A stretch of DNA of 64,000 bases from Patescibacteria group bacterium (GTDB lineage Bacteria > Patescibacteriota > Patescibacteriia > UBA9570), in the NCBI GenBank assembly GCA_024277435.1, contig JAJRVJ010000024.1, forward strand, positions 276 through 64,275, given 5' to 3'. Shown here in pieces: positions 1 to 9,328 of this stretch; positions within the stretch are counted from its first letter, which is position 1, and every line of letters begins with the position of its first letter. The position numbers and the translations under genes were made by a program. The notes beneath the pieces were generated by a model. That model worked only from the letters and a program-made list of their open reading frames with translations, had not been told where the DNA came from and did no database searches.

Positions 1-6
1 TGGCCA

Positions 7-699
7 TTATTGAGGAACTATGAGAGTTTGTAACATCTCACCCATCAAGCCACTAGTTTCAAAATCATCCCATGTATCAATATCAGACAATTCTGCATCG
101 GCTTGCATAATAAGAATCAAGCCATCATCTTCACCTAGTTGTTGTGGTGGGAATCCCACAACTAACAATATTGACGAAGCTTCTGTTGAATCCTCAGTTA
201 CCGGATACGCATTAAGCTCCAGAGCATATACATCTTGTCCTAAAAATTGACGTCTTCCAGACTGTACGACTTCACCGGCATAATCATAATCTTGCAAAAC
301 AGCATCTGCGGCAATAATCATAGCGTTATCCATACTCTTATCTAGTATTGCCTCAGCTCCATCATAACCAGGGATTAAAATACTCGTTAACAAGATACGT
401 TCAACAGGCTGATGGTCTTGCAAACTCGTAACATCAAGAAAGTACGTGAGCCCGGTAGAGCGTTGCTGGAATACTTTGGAAACTATCACTCCATCTTCCT
501 GCGCTGGGTATTCAATCGAAAAATTACGTGGGTGCGAAGCTGGTGATTGATATATTTCATGATTCTCATCAACTACCAGAATTTCTGAAAATATTTCAGG
601 CTGAGGAGTTACTTCTTCAACCGTCTTAGATTGTACGCAGCCGGTTAGAAAAAGTGCGCTAATAATAACGCTTGATAATACTATTTTTGATATATTCAT
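7..699 (-). CDS. hypothetical lipoprotein
   Basis: 230-aa ORF. N-terminus MNISKIVLSSVIISALFLTGC has a hydrophobic signal followed by an L-T-G-C lipobox. No recognisable catalytic motif. Confidence 0.5.
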   Translation of the reverse strand: MNISKIVLSSVIISALFLTGCVQSKTVEEVTPQPEIFSEILVVDENHEIYQSPASHPRNFSIEYPAQEDGVIVSKVFQQRSTGLTYFLDVTSLQDHQPVERILLTSILIPGYDGAEAILDKSMDNAMIIAADAVLQDYDYAGEVVQSGRRQFLGQDVYALELNAYPVTEDSTEASSILLVVGFPPQQLGEDDGLILIMQADAELSDIDTWDDFETSGLMGEMLQTLIVPQ

Positions 700-725
700 A
701 GACTAATCATAGCATAAAACTACCC

Positions 726-757
726 TTGACAAAAACAATACCATGCAGATGGATATA
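726..757 (+). promoter_or_regulatory. candidate sigma70-type promoter driving the GC-rich mini-gene
   Basis: Perfect TTGACA at 726-731 in AT-rich DNA immediately before the GC-rich block. The -10 is poor (GATATA/TGGATA about 17-20 nt downstream). An AGGAG motif lies upstream of the ATG at 780. Confidence 0.3.
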
Positions 758-779
758 CCACCCCAAGAGGAGATCTCCA

Positions 780-1053
780 ATGACCCCGATCGAGCAGATC
801 ACCGCCGAGAACGGCCACGACCGCGCCACCAGCGCGGAGCAGTGCTCCAGCGAAGAGATCAGTCAGCCCCAACACGGGCATCACCCTGGTCACCGATGGC
901 AATATCTCCGAAAATGGCAAGTTCATCACCGGAACCACCTACGTGGTGGCCTGGTGGAGCGGTGTGTGCGTGCACATCAGCTTCACACGCAACGCCGACA
1001 CCAAGGCCGTACTGGCCATCATCAAGGCCGGCGAGCCGAAGATGGCGGCCTAG
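780..1053 (+). pseudogene. GC-rich small foreign-like gene, apparently frameshifted near 866-880
   Basis: AGGAG plus ATG at 780 gives a protein-like MTPIEQITAENGHDRATSAEQCSSEEISQPQ. At the CCCC/GGG run (about 866-880) the protein-like reading moves to the +1 frame: ...NTGITLVTDGNISENGKFITGTTYVVAWWSGVCVHISFTRNADTKAVLAIIKAGEPKMAA, stopping at TAG 1051-1053. The other frames read His/Arg-rich junk typical of off-frame GC-rich DNA. Confidence 0.35.
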
Positions 1054-1079
1054 AGGCTGATCGAGTCTTACCTTCGACG

Positions 1080-1102
1080 CTACCAAATGAGGTAGTTTTT
1101 TT
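1080..1102 (+). terminator. candidate intrinsic terminator after the GC-rich mini-gene
   Basis: A ctacc-aaatga-ggtag hairpin followed by seven T. The stem is weak (5 bp). Confidence 0.35.
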
Positions 1103-1115
1103 ATTACCTATGCCA

Positions 1116-1691
1116 CTAACGCTGATACACAGCCATTAACTCGGCTTTGTCTAATACATGCCTTGCCATCGCCTCTTCAACTTCACTTATCGAGCTTCCA
1201 GATACATCTTCCACATCCAGCGCATATAGTTCGAAATAATATCGATGCTCTCCATCTGGCGGGCACGGACCACCCCAGGCTACTCTTCCAAAATCGTTCA
1301 TTACTTCAACGCCATTTTCTGGCACGCTATTCTCCTCCACTCCAGTAACAGAATCTGGGATATTTTTTACCACCCAATGTACCCACTCTTTATTTGGCGC
1401 ATCTGGATCGCGCATCACTAATACAAAACTTTGCGTACCTTCAGGAACATTACTCCAGTCCAGTTGCGGCGATACATCATTGCCATCACATGTAAATTGT
1501 TTCGGAATACTTTGCTCCGCTTGTATCGTTGGGCTGGTGAGTTGCATAGATGGTTGATAGTTATTACTTATCTCAAAAGCTTGGCGCCGAGCCAACGCAA
1601 CAAATACGGCCAATACCACTAACCCTAAAACACTGCCTATAGCCCTAGACGATACGGCTGGTCGCTGCTCAGCATTAGTATCATTACTCAT
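1116..1691 (-). CDS. YbhB/YbcL-type phosphatidylethanolamine-binding protein (PEBP) family protein
   Basis: The conserved core ...FVLVMRDPDAPN...WVHWVV...GGPCPPDGEHRYYFELYALD is typical of the bacterial PEBP/Raf-kinase-inhibitor-like family. The start is placed at the internal ATG (MSNDT...) so that it forms an ATGA overlap with the upstream gene's stop. Confidence 0.7.
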   Translation of the reverse strand: MSNDTNAEQRPAVSSRAIGSVLGLVVLAVFVALARRQAFEISNNYQPSMQLTSPTIQAEQSIPKQFTCDGNDVSPQLDWSNVPEGTQSFVLVMRDPDAPNKEWVHWVVKNIPDSVTGVEENSVPENGVEVMNDFGRVAWGGPCPPDGEHRYYFELYALDVEDVSGSSISEVEEAMARHVLDKAELMAVYQR

Positions 1692-2419
1692 ATTCCAACA
1701 ATTAAGTGCAGTACATACCCAATTATATACGATAGCCCTGCAGCTACACCTCCAATACCCGCCGTACCTAAGCCAGATAATAGCCAATGACTATCCGTAA
1801 AGCGGGATTTTACAGCCCCTACCGCAAACATAGCCAGCAATGTAAGTACAGACGCTACGTAAAATGTATTTACTTCCATAGTATCTAGAGATGATTGAAA
1901 TAGATAGGCTATCATTGGAATAAACCCAACAATATTAAAAGCCAAAAATGTTACTACAGCACTCTTCGTTGGAAAAATCGCTTCATCAAATACACCATGC
2001 TTATGCTTCATCATCATTTCCACCCATACATCATTATCGCTAGTAATTATCTTAGTAGCGCATTGTAAACACTCATCTTTAAAACCATTCCTTTTTAGAA
2101 TGTGCTCAATCGCATCCCGCTCCTTTTCTGGTGTAGCAGCAATGCTTTCATACTCCAGTCTACGCACTTTATCAATCCGTTCTAATTCCGCCTTATCACT
2201 AGAATATTTACCAGCGGCCATTGAAAAGCCATCGGCTATTAAATTCGCAAAGCCGAGAATAAGCACTACTGTTGTGGATAATTGTGCCCCCTGCACACCC
2301 GCAACAACAGCAAATGTAGTAACAGCGCCATCAATTCCTCCGTACACAAAATCACTTAACCCAACATAAACTGTTGCAATTACGTGCTTGTGATATGAAT
2401 TATCAGATGATTTTTTCAT
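1688..2419 (-). CDS. VIT1/CCC1-family (DUF125) iron/manganese transporter
   Basis: N-terminal YVGLSDFVYGGIDGAVTTFAVVAGV and the C-terminal TM bundle match the VIT1/CCC1 fold, with a central charged loop. The TGA stop overlaps the next gene's ATG (ATGA). Confidence 0.65.
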   Translation of the reverse strand: MKKSSDNSYHKHVIATVYVGLSDFVYGGIDGAVTTFAVVAGVQGAQLSTTVVLILGFANLIADGFSMAAGKYSSDKAELERIDKVRRLEYESIAATPEKERDAIEHILKRNGFKDECLQCATKIITSDNDVWVEMMMKHKHGVFDEAIFPTKSAVVTFLAFNIVGFIPMIAYLFQSSLDTMEVNTFYVASVLTLLAMFAVGAVKSRFTDSHWLLSGLGTAGIGGVAAGLSYIIGYVLHLIVGI

Positions 2420-2496
2420 AACTACCTATAGTATACAGAATAATTACATTTTGTTGAATTATACTCCGATCTGATGTACGCTGTATTATAGATATT

Positions 2497-3501
2497 ATGA
2501 AAGATATACTCAAACAAATTCCACTCATTAGCTCATTCGAGCGTCCATCCAGCGAGGAGCGAGAGCGCATTGAAGATAATATTCGTCAGCAATCGAAAGC
2601 AAACTTTAACTATTTTGTACTACTTATCATTTCAGCCGTTATTGTTGCACTTGGCTTAATTATCGATTCTGAAGCCACTATTATTGGTGGCATGTTAATT
2701 GCGCCACTATTCTGGCCAATTATTGCTCTTGCCCTAGGCATGATGGAAGGTAAAAAGATGATGCTAACTAACTCACTATCGGCCTTGGCTCGCTCGTTTA
2801 TAGTTATTTTCCTTATTGGTGCCTTAGTTGGATTAATTAGTCCATTCTCTAGCCTTAGTTCTGAAATTCTTGTACGCACAGAACCAACCATTTTTGAATT
2901 ACTTATTGCCATAGCTGCTGGATTAGGTGGTGGATTCACTACAATTTACTCCAAAAAATCTGGTGCTATATTTGGCGTAGCTGTAGCGGTAGCCTTAGTT
3001 CCACCAATTGCTGTAGCTGGCATTCTCATTAGTGATGGTGAAATGGAAAAAGCTATCGGAGCGTTATTGTTGTTTCTTACTAACTTCCTAGCCATTTTAC
3101 TAACATCAAGCTTCGTATTTTTAATAGGAAAATTCACTCGGGTAAACACAAAAACCGGTGAGGAGCGACGCAAAAAGGCCTTTAGTTGGGCTATTGGATC
3201 CTTTGTTATTATTCTTATCCCCATTCTTGCTCTATCATGGAATGCTATTAGCACAACTATTCGCCAAGAAAAAACCCAGGCCCTATTTGTTAAATCTTTC
3301 CCAGACAAAACCTTGAGCCAATTAGAAATTAATGAAGATCAATTTGATTATTCCATTAATGGAATCGTTCATCAAAGTGAAAATTTTGATTCTGATGAGC
3401 TTACCGCATTTACTCATCGCCTAAAGAAACTATTCAACAAGCCTGTGAAAGTAAATTTCAAGGTAATTGAATATGATATTGAAACAGTCTACGTCGATTA
3501 A
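2497..3501 (+). CDS. DUF389-family integral membrane protein
   Basis: Two internal repeats containing ...GGMLIAPLFWPIIALALG... and ...VAVALVPPIAVAGILIS..., as in the DUF389/TIGR00341 hydrophobic domain. Multiple TM helices. Confidence 0.55.
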   Translation: MKDILKQIPLISSFERPSSEERERIEDNIRQQSKANFNYFVLLIISAVIVALGLIIDSEATIIGGMLIAPLFWPIIALALGMMEGKKMMLTNSLSALARSFIVIFLIGALVGLISPFSSLSSEILVRTEPTIFELLIAIAAGLGGGFTTIYSKKSGAIFGVAVAVALVPPIAVAGILISDGEMEKAIGALLLFLTNFLAILLTSSFVFLIGKFTRVNTKTGEERRKKAFSWAIGSFVIILIPILALSWNAISTTIRQEKTQALFVKSFPDKTLSQLEINEDQFDYSINGIVHQSENFDSDELTAFTHRLKKLFNKPVKVNFKVIEYDIETVYVD

Positions 3502-3513
3502 CCTTTAGTGATT

Positions 3514-4473
3514 TTAGCCACGGTAAAATAGATGCCCTAGATAAATTACATACATAACAAGGAAGCCCACTCCTTGCCATCGTTCGATATGATGACGCTT
3601 CCCTATAAATAGGGTAGCAAATAAAAGAACTGAGGCACCAAAAATTAACAATAAATCTATATTCAACGCCGGGTCATACGCCAAAGAGCCTACCGCTGCA
3701 CTTGCGCCAAGAATTAAGAAAATATTAAAGATATTAGAACCAATTACACCACCAACGGCCATGTCCACATTTTTCTTACGGGCCGCAATAACGGTAGCAG
3801 CTAGCTCTGGAAGCGAGGTACCTGGACCAGTAACAATTAAACCAATCAACGTTTGGCTCACGCCCAATTGAGCAGCAATTACTGTTGCGCTATCAACGAT
3901 CCATTTACCACCAAGGAATAAGGCTCCTATCCCTAACACAATATAGACAATTGATCGACTATTCGATAAATCTTTAACTTCTTCCGGAACAGTATCATCA
4001 GCCTTTGCTTTACTGATACCAAATGTGTAATACATGAAAATACCAAAAAAAGATAGCAGCGCTATACCATCTGTCCATGATAATTGCGGAATTCCACCAC
4101 CTATTACCCATTGATCATTTGCTAATATGATAAGCACCATAATAGCCAACAAGCTCAAAGGAATTTCTTTCCATACCGTACCGCGACGCACACTTAACGG
4201 ATAAATTATTGCCGCAATACCGAGGCCTAGTAATATATTGGTAACTACCGAACCCACAATATTAGCGATTGCTAAATCAGACGCACCGCCTATAGACGCG
4301 AACAATGTAACAATAAATTCAGGAGCCGATGTACCAAAAGCAACAATTGTTAAACCAATAACTAAATTGCTTACATTAAAGCGTTTTGCTACAGCTGCTC
4401 CACCTTCAACTAGGAAATTAGCACCGCCGATAAGGATGATAAAACCGAGGACAAGAAAAATATATACAGACAT
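3514..4473 (-). CDS. Na+/Ca2+ exchanger (CaCA family, YrbG-like)
   Basis: Two alpha-repeat signatures GTSAPE (N-terminal half) and GTSLPELA (C-terminal half), with about 10 TM helices. Confidence 0.85.
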   Translation of the reverse strand: MSVYIFLVLGFIILIGGANFLVEGGAAVAKRFNVSNLVIGLTIVAFGTSAPEFIVTLFASIGGASDLAIANIVGSVVTNILLGLGIAAIIYPLSVRRGTVWKEIPLSLLAIMVLIILANDQWVIGGGIPQLSWTDGIALLSFFGIFMYYTFGISKAKADDTVPEEVKDLSNSRSIVYIVLGIGALFLGGKWIVDSATVIAAQLGVSQTLIGLIVTGPGTSLPELAATVIAARKKNVDMAVGGVIGSNIFNIFLILGASAAVGSLAYDPALNIDLLLIFGASVLLFATLFIGKRHHIERWQGVGFLVMYVIYLGHLFYRG

Positions 4474-4527
4474 ACAGGCAAGTATAGCACACTATTATTT
4501 AAGATCAACACTATAATCGCAAATGGT

Positions 4528-4556
4528 TTGCAATTTACCATACTCCCCTATATACT
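4528..4556 (+). promoter_or_regulatory. candidate sigma70 promoter for the metal ABC importer
   Basis: TTGCAA (4528-4533), a 17-nt spacer, then TATACT (4551-4556). The ATG at 4563 lies about 7 nt after the -10, so the transcript may be leaderless or start further upstream. Confidence 0.4.
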
Positions 4557-4562
4557 ACAGCC

Positions 4563-5303
4563 ATGCCAAAACACAAGGATAATCACTCAAATGAAGAAGC
4601 TCTAGTACATACCGATCATCTCAGTTTACGATATGGAGAGGTAGAAGTATTTTCAGACCTTTGCTTTACTATTAAACGGGGTTCGTTCACTAGTATTGTG
4701 GGCCCGAATGGAGCTGGAAAAACTCAATTAATGAAAACCATGCTTGGCTTAGTAGATGCATCGGAAGGTGTAATTATACGAAAATATGAACGCAGCGAAG
4801 TGGGTTACGTTCCACAAAAAATATTCATCGACCCAACCTTCCCTATAACGGTACGAGAATTTATGCAAGTATATTTACAACCAAAGAGCTTTTGGACTAA
4901 TACTTCATTGCCAGAATTTGATAACCAACTATCAATCGAACCGCTATTGCAAAAACAACTTGGCCGTTTATCAGGCGGACAATTGCAACGCGTGATATTA
5001 GCTGCAATATTAAGCACTAAACCATCAGTGTTATTTCTTGACGAGTTTTCAAGCGGCATTGATCCGCGTGGACAGGCCGAATTATATGGATATTTACATC
5101 GCTTGAACGAACGAGATGGGGTTACAATCATCATGATTTCACACGATATTGATATCACTACTCAATACGCCAACAGTGTACTGTGTTTGAATAAGCAAAT
5201 GGTATGCCAAGGGCAACCACATGATGTATTCACCGCAGAAAACTTTGAAAAAATGTACGGTATACCACTAACTAAGCTACAACGCCACAAACACCATGAT
5301 TGA
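4563..5303 (+). CDS. metal (Zn/Mn-type) ABC transporter ATP-binding protein, ZnuC-like
   Basis: Walker A GPNGAGKT, ABC signature LSGGQLQRV, Walker B LFLDEF. The small size and the ABC-3-type permease downstream indicate a ZnuC/MntA-like family. Confidence 0.85.
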   Translation: MPKHKDNHSNEEALVHTDHLSLRYGEVEVFSDLCFTIKRGSFTSIVGPNGAGKTQLMKTMLGLVDASEGVIIRKYERSEVGYVPQKIFIDPTFPITVREFMQVYLQPKSFWTNTSLPEFDNQLSIEPLLQKQLGRLSGGQLQRVILAAILSTKPSVLFLDEFSSGIDPRGQAELYGYLHRLNERDGVTIIMISHDIDITTQYANSVLCLNKQMVCQGQPHDVFTAENFEKMYGIPLTKLQRHKHHD

Positions 5304-6105
5304 TAACATCTTCACAGTTCTACAATTCCCCTTTATTCAAAGGGCATTATTGATTGGTTGTATTATTGGTGTTACCACCGCATTCCTTGGGTTATTTGTA
5401 ACCCTCCGCAACATGTCATTTTATTCCGATGCGATATCACATGCCGCTTTAGCTGGTATTGCAATTGGCCTACTACTTAATGTTGAACCATTTATTGCGG
5501 CAGTAGTATTTTGTTTACTTATTGGTTTAGGAACGGCCTTTGTAAAACAAAGGTCCAAAGTTTCCATTGATACATTAATGGGTGTGTTATTTGCTTCTGG
5601 CATATCACTAGGTATTGCCCTCATTAGTAAACAGCAGGGTTATCAAGGAGATTTATTCTCATTCCTATTCGGAGATATTCTGGCTACTAACTGGAATGAT
5701 ATTAGCATCGCCTTTGTGCTTGGATTAATTATTATTGTCTACCTACTGGGTAGTAGCAAACGACTACTCCTTACAACCTTCTCGCCAGACTTCAGCTTTG
5801 TACGTGGCGTATCTGCTCGCTTAACCGATTATATGTTCTTTGGTGCAACGGCGCTTACTATTGCATTGAGCATTAAGGTTATTGGAATTGTATTAGTAAC
5901 TGGTTTATTGATTATTCCTGCCGCCATTGGAAAAAATATGGCTCACTCATTCAAGCAAGCTGTATTATGGAGTATTCTCGCAAGTGTCTTCACTACAATC
6001 ATTGGAATTATCGCATCATACTATATCGATATTCCATCTGGTCCAGCTATCATTCTGTTAGGAACAATACTATTTGTTCTTACGTCACTATTCCAGCGTC
6101 GATAA
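5296..6105 (+). CDS. metal ABC transporter permease (ABC-3 family, ZnuB/MntB-like)
   Basis: About 8 TM helices with a typical ABC-3 permease profile. Overlaps the ATPase gene by 8 bp. No cognate substrate-binding protein gene is adjacent. Confidence 0.8.
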   Translation: MIDNIFTVLQFPFIQRALLIGCIIGVTTAFLGLFVTLRNMSFYSDAISHAALAGIAIGLLLNVEPFIAAVVFCLLIGLGTAFVKQRSKVSIDTLMGVLFASGISLGIALISKQQGYQGDLFSFLFGDILATNWNDISIAFVLGLIIIVYLLGSSKRLLLTTFSPDFSFVRGVSARLTDYMFFGATALTIALSIKVIGIVLVTGLLIIPAAIGKNMAHSFKQAVLWSILASVFTTIIGIIASYYIDIPSGPAIILLGTILFVLTSLFQRR

Positions 6106-6751
6106 GCGTTTGTGGAGTAACATCACCTAACTGCAAGGCGTCTTCTACTGAATAGTCGCCTATTTTAGTTCTGCGCAGTGCCGATAAATACGCACCGCAA
6201 CCAAGTACTTGACCAATATCATGCACTAATGAACGAATATACGTACCCTTACCACAATGCACGCGTATTGTAGCAATAGCATCTTTCACTGATAGTATTT
6301 CGATTTCATAAATAGAAACCACCCTATTAGGTAGCTTGATATCACCTACCCTACCTTCCCGTGCCAACTTATACAAACGCTGACCATTCACTTTAATTGC
6401 AGAGTATGCCGGAACGGTTTGTTCAATATCACCTGTAAACTGTGGCAATACTTCTTCGAGTTGTTCTTTGGTGATATTTGCAGGAAGTGCAGAAGTAGAA
6501 AGTTCACCCTCTGCATCATATGTAGTACTAGTAGCGCCAAATGTTATTTCCGCTATATATTCTTTATCCATTCCCATGAAGGAATCCTGTTGCCTTGTTT
6601 CACTTCTACCAACCAATATAATTAATAATCCAGTAGCTAATGGATCTAGTGTTCCTGAATGCCCTATTTTTTTGATGTTCAATTTTTTCCGCAATACAGC
6701 GATAACATCAAATGAAGTGTAATCAGTGGGCTTATCGATAAGTAACGGCAT
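6080..6751 (-). CDS. truB: tRNA pseudouridine(55) synthase
   Basis: N-terminal LIDKPTDYTSFDVIAVLRKKL...GHSGTLDPLATGLLI contains the catalytic-Asp motif of TruB. The length fits a TruB without a PUA extension. Confidence 0.9.
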   Translation of the reverse strand: MPLLIDKPTDYTSFDVIAVLRKKLNIKKIGHSGTLDPLATGLLIILVGRSETRQQDSFMGMDKEYIAEITFGATSTTYDAEGELSTSALPANITKEQLEEVLPQFTGDIEQTVPAYSAIKVNGQRLYKLAREGRVGDIKLPNRVVSIYEIEILSVKDAIATIRVHCGKGTYIRSLVHDIGQVLGCGAYLSALRRTKIGDYSVEDALQLGDVTPQTLIDAGIVT

Positions 6752-6758
6752 ACACTAA

Positions 6759-7178
6759 CTAGGCTGAAGTATAACCATGCTTAATTAACCACTCCCGAGC
6801 CTGTTTTTCTGTGGTAAAAGCCTTAAGTTTATTCTTAGCGTAAAACTGAAATAATTTAATATAAAGATCCCAACCTTTAGCCCATCCAAATATTGCAATT
6901 TTTTTAATGCGCTTCTCTTTTATCATTTGCACATATAACATCTTCGATTCATCACTAATATGTTCAGCATCGCCTACTTTTGATAAATCAAGCATGATAT
7001 ATACATCACCCTCTAGCTCACTAAGCATTAAGCGCAACGTATCATCAATCCATTGCGTCTCTATCGTATTCTCTTCTACGTCCAATGTAGCCCTACCAAA
7101 ACGTACAAGTAACAAATTATGTTCAAGTACATGTAAGGTAGTATCAGTTGGTTCATAATAATATTCTTTCTCAAGCAT
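6759..7178 (-). CDS. hypothetical protein (paralog A of a divergent pair; SpoIIAA/STAS-like fold suspected)
   Basis: Start placed at the internal MLEKEY. The stretch ...MLDLSKVGDAEHISDESKMLYVQMIKEKRIKKIAIFGWAKGW...KAFTTEKQAREWL aligns with paralog B (...LVELVEDDGLVSKEARNIYKEIMNDTRIMRMAIFGG...IKVFTT). Confidence 0.4.
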   Translation of the reverse strand: MLEKEYYYEPTDTTLHVLEHNLLLVRFGRATLDVEENTIETQWIDDTLRLMLSELEGDVYIMLDLSKVGDAEHISDESKMLYVQMIKEKRIKKIAIFGWAKGWDLYIKLFQFYAKNKLKAFTTEKQAREWLIKHGYTSA

Positions 7179-7244
7179 ACCGATACTATAACACATATCA
7201 TGGGGTACTTGAAAAAGTCCTAAAATTATGGTAAACTGTTCGTT

Positions 7245-7607
7245 ATGGATAAAGATTATCAAAAAGGATTCTTCCTTACGGAAGAAGAGGGAGGGGTGTT
7301 GCGCTTTGAATTTACACGTGGATCAAAAACCAAAGAAGATAGCTCGTTAGTAGCACAACATGCCCAAAAAGAAATTGAAGCCTTGCTTGAAAAATATGGT
7401 GATCATGAAGCGTTATTACTGGTTGAATTAGTTGAAGATGATGGCTTGGTAAGTAAAGAAGCTCGCAATATTTATAAAGAAATTATGAACGATACACGCA
7501 TTATGCGTATGGCAATTTTTGGAGGACTTAAAAAATATCGTATAATTGCTAAGGCATTATTGCCTACTATGATGAGGCATCCAATTAAGGTGTTTACCAC
7601 TAACTAA
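7245..7607 (+). CDS. hypothetical protein (paralog B of the divergent pair)
   Basis: 120 aa, sharing a core with the divergently transcribed upstream gene. The two are separated by about 66 bp of AT-rich DNA. Confidence 0.4.
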   Translation: MDKDYQKGFFLTEEEGGVLRFEFTRGSKTKEDSSLVAQHAQKEIEALLEKYGDHEALLLVELVEDDGLVSKEARNIYKEIMNDTRIMRMAIFGGLKKYRIIAKALLPTMMRHPIKVFTTN

Positions 7608-7644
7608 AGCTCAAGCCATGCAATGGCTAGCGCATTCATAAATT

Positions 7645-8283
7645 ATGACCACTATTGCAATCGTTGGAAATGGCACTCCGGTACCCAACGGCCAACAACT
7701 TGCAGAATATAATTACATCATTGCGGCGGACGGCGGTGCCAATTTTTGTGTTATGCATAATATTGTTCCACATTGGATTATTGGCGATGGTGATTCATTG
7801 GATCCTGAAATCGATACCATACTACAAGATATTCCTCATCATATCGATAAAGATCAAACAACAACCGATTTACAAAAAGCGCTCCATTATACTCGTACGC
7901 TAACAAATGATGCAGATGCAAGTATTGATTTATGGTGCGTAACTAGTGAGCACAGGGCCGATCATACCCAAGCTGCTTTTCACGCTCTGCGCTTTGATGC
8001 ACGCGTCCGGGCTATGTATACACCCGATATGATTATTTGGCACTGTAAAGAATCTTGGTCTATCAAAGTCACCGTAGGAACAGCCCTATCAATTATTCCC
8101 TGCACTAAAGAAGCAGTAGTAAATGTTGATGGATGTCAATGGTCTGGCGGCGCAATCACCCTAAACGAAGATTATTCTGGAGTTTCAAATATAACAACCG
8201 AGCCATCAGTTTCTGTATCCGTTGAAAGTGGTGAAGTGTATATTTGTATGGACCGTAACATTGAACATACTGATGGAAACTAG
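7645..8283 (+). CDS. thiamine pyrophosphokinase (thiamine diphosphokinase)
   Basis: IIAADGGAN...IIGDGDSL (the GDxDS motif) and HHIDKDQTTTDLQKAL (the DQDxTD motif) are both characteristic of TPK. Confidence 0.7.
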   Translation: MTTIAIVGNGTPVPNGQQLAEYNYIIAADGGANFCVMHNIVPHWIIGDGDSLDPEIDTILQDIPHHIDKDQTTTDLQKALHYTRTLTNDADASIDLWCVTSEHRADHTQAAFHALRFDARVRAMYTPDMIIWHCKESWSIKVTVGTALSIIPCTKEAVVNVDGCQWSGGAITLNEDYSGVSNITTEPSVSVSVESGEVYICMDRNIEHTDGN

Positions 8284-8328
8284 CTTTTCGAATCAGAAAA
8301 AGATTAATGTACCACGCACCTTGCGCGA

Positions 8329-8596
8329 TATGGGGTATCATCCAATTTTTGATAGACGCTCGGAAAAAGAAAGCTGGGTGCGCAATCTTGGTCGCGGGCA
8401 CTACCCCCGCTTCCATTTATATATTAAAGGAACCTCAAATAACGTAACGTTAAGTTTGCATATGGATCAAAAAAAATCTGCGATAGAAATAAAAGGGGTT
8501 AAACGTCATGCAGGAGAATATGATGGCCTAGTTGTTGAAGAAGAAATGGAACGCATCAAGCGCTGGATTTATTACGCTTATACAAAAGCTCGTTAG
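8329..8596 (+). CDS. hypothetical small protein
   Basis: ORF following TPK, with the start placed at the internal ATG 8329 (MGYHPIFDRR...). No recognised motif. Confidence 0.3.
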
Positions 8597-8671
8597 GAAA
8601 ATTGTCTAAACAACCCGCCTACTATATACTGTAGCGATAAGAAATATACATAAATATAAACAAGTATACCT

Positions 8672-9319
8672 ATGAAACTATTTCTCGACACCGCCGAAGT
8701 AGAAGAAATCAAATTAGCCGCCGCTACCGGACTTATTGATGGCATTACTACTAACCCATCACTTATTGCAAAATCAGGACGTAATTTTGAAGAAGTTGTT
8801 AAAGAAATCACTACTATTGTTGATGGGCCAATCTCCGCAGAAGTAATTAGCACCGAAACTGATGCTATGTTGAAAGAGGGTCGTGCACTTGCCAAGATTC
8901 ATGAAAATATCACCGTAAAACTTCCAATGATAGAAGCTTCTATGCCGGTAGTTAAGCAACTTACAGCTGAAGGTATTAAAACGAACGTTACTCTAGTATT
9001 CTCTGTAAATCAGGCATTACTGGCTGCCAAAGCTGGTGCTACATTTGTTTCACCATTTGTAGGACGTTTAGACGACATCGGTGAAAATGGCATGAACTTA
9101 GTTGGTGACATTGTTCACCTATTTAACAACTATGGTTTCAAAACACAAATCTTGGCAGCATCAATTCGCCATCCGCATCATATTTATCAAGCAGCCGAAG
9201 CTGGCTCTCATATAGCCACTCTGCCGTATGGTATTTTTGAGAAACTCTTCAATCACCCACTTACCGATAAGGGGTTAGCGCAATTCCTTGAAGATTGGAA
9301 ATCTGTACCTAAAACGTAA
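8672..9319 (+). CDS. fructose-6-phosphate aldolase / Fsa-TalC-type transaldolase
   Basis: 215 aa: [14 protein letters not shown]...[11 protein letters not shown]...VKLP...TNVTLVFS...[13 protein letters not shown]. This is the canonical short transaldolase/Fsa family. Confidence 0.9.
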   Translation: MKLFLDTAEVEEIKLAAATGLIDGITTNPSLIAKSGRNFEEVVKEITTIVDGPISAEVISTETDAMLKEGRALAKIHENITVKLPMIEASMPVVKQLTAEGIKTNVTLVFSVNQALLAAKAGATFVSPFVGRLDDIGENGMNLVGDIVHLFNNYGFKTQILAASIRHPHHIYQAAEAGSHIATLPYGIFEKLFNHPLTDKGLAQFLEDWKSVPKT

Positions 9320-9328
9320 GCTATCGCC

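Noticed and set aside
720-1115. GC-rich block as a structured RNA (tmRNA, RNase P, rRNA fragment). The frame-1 reading even ends ...KAGEPKMAA*, a little like a tmRNA tag
   Set aside because: I found no tRNA-like T-arm, no acceptor/CCA logic and no RNase P conserved blocks. Two frames read as convincing protein joined by a single homopolymer frameshift, and an SD plus ATG is present. A coding mini-gene is the better explanation.
2610-3308. Antisense ORFs (2610-2939, 2946-3308) inside the DUF389 gene. Similar cases: 8593-8895 and 8774-8959 inside the transaldolase gene, 4805-5158 in znuC, 10435-13904 (+) inside the giant gene, 53208-53955 in glmS, 56239-57283 (-) in the 668-aa gene, and 60617-61123 (-) in folP
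   Set aside because: All are low-complexity or hydrophobic shadows of strongly supported genes on the opposite strand, with no SD or motif support.
4474-4562. Second perfect TATAAT at 4512-4517 as the znuC promoter
   Set aside because: There is no acceptable -35 at 16-18 nt upstream. The TTGCAA-17-TATACT pair at 4528-4556 is the better candidate.
6759-7262. Full 167-aa version of the minus-strand paralog (start at 7262)
   Set aside because: It would overlap the divergent gene's start by 18 bp and would add a hydrophobic, non-conserved extension. The internal ATG (MLEKEY) leaves a normal 66-bp divergent promoter region.
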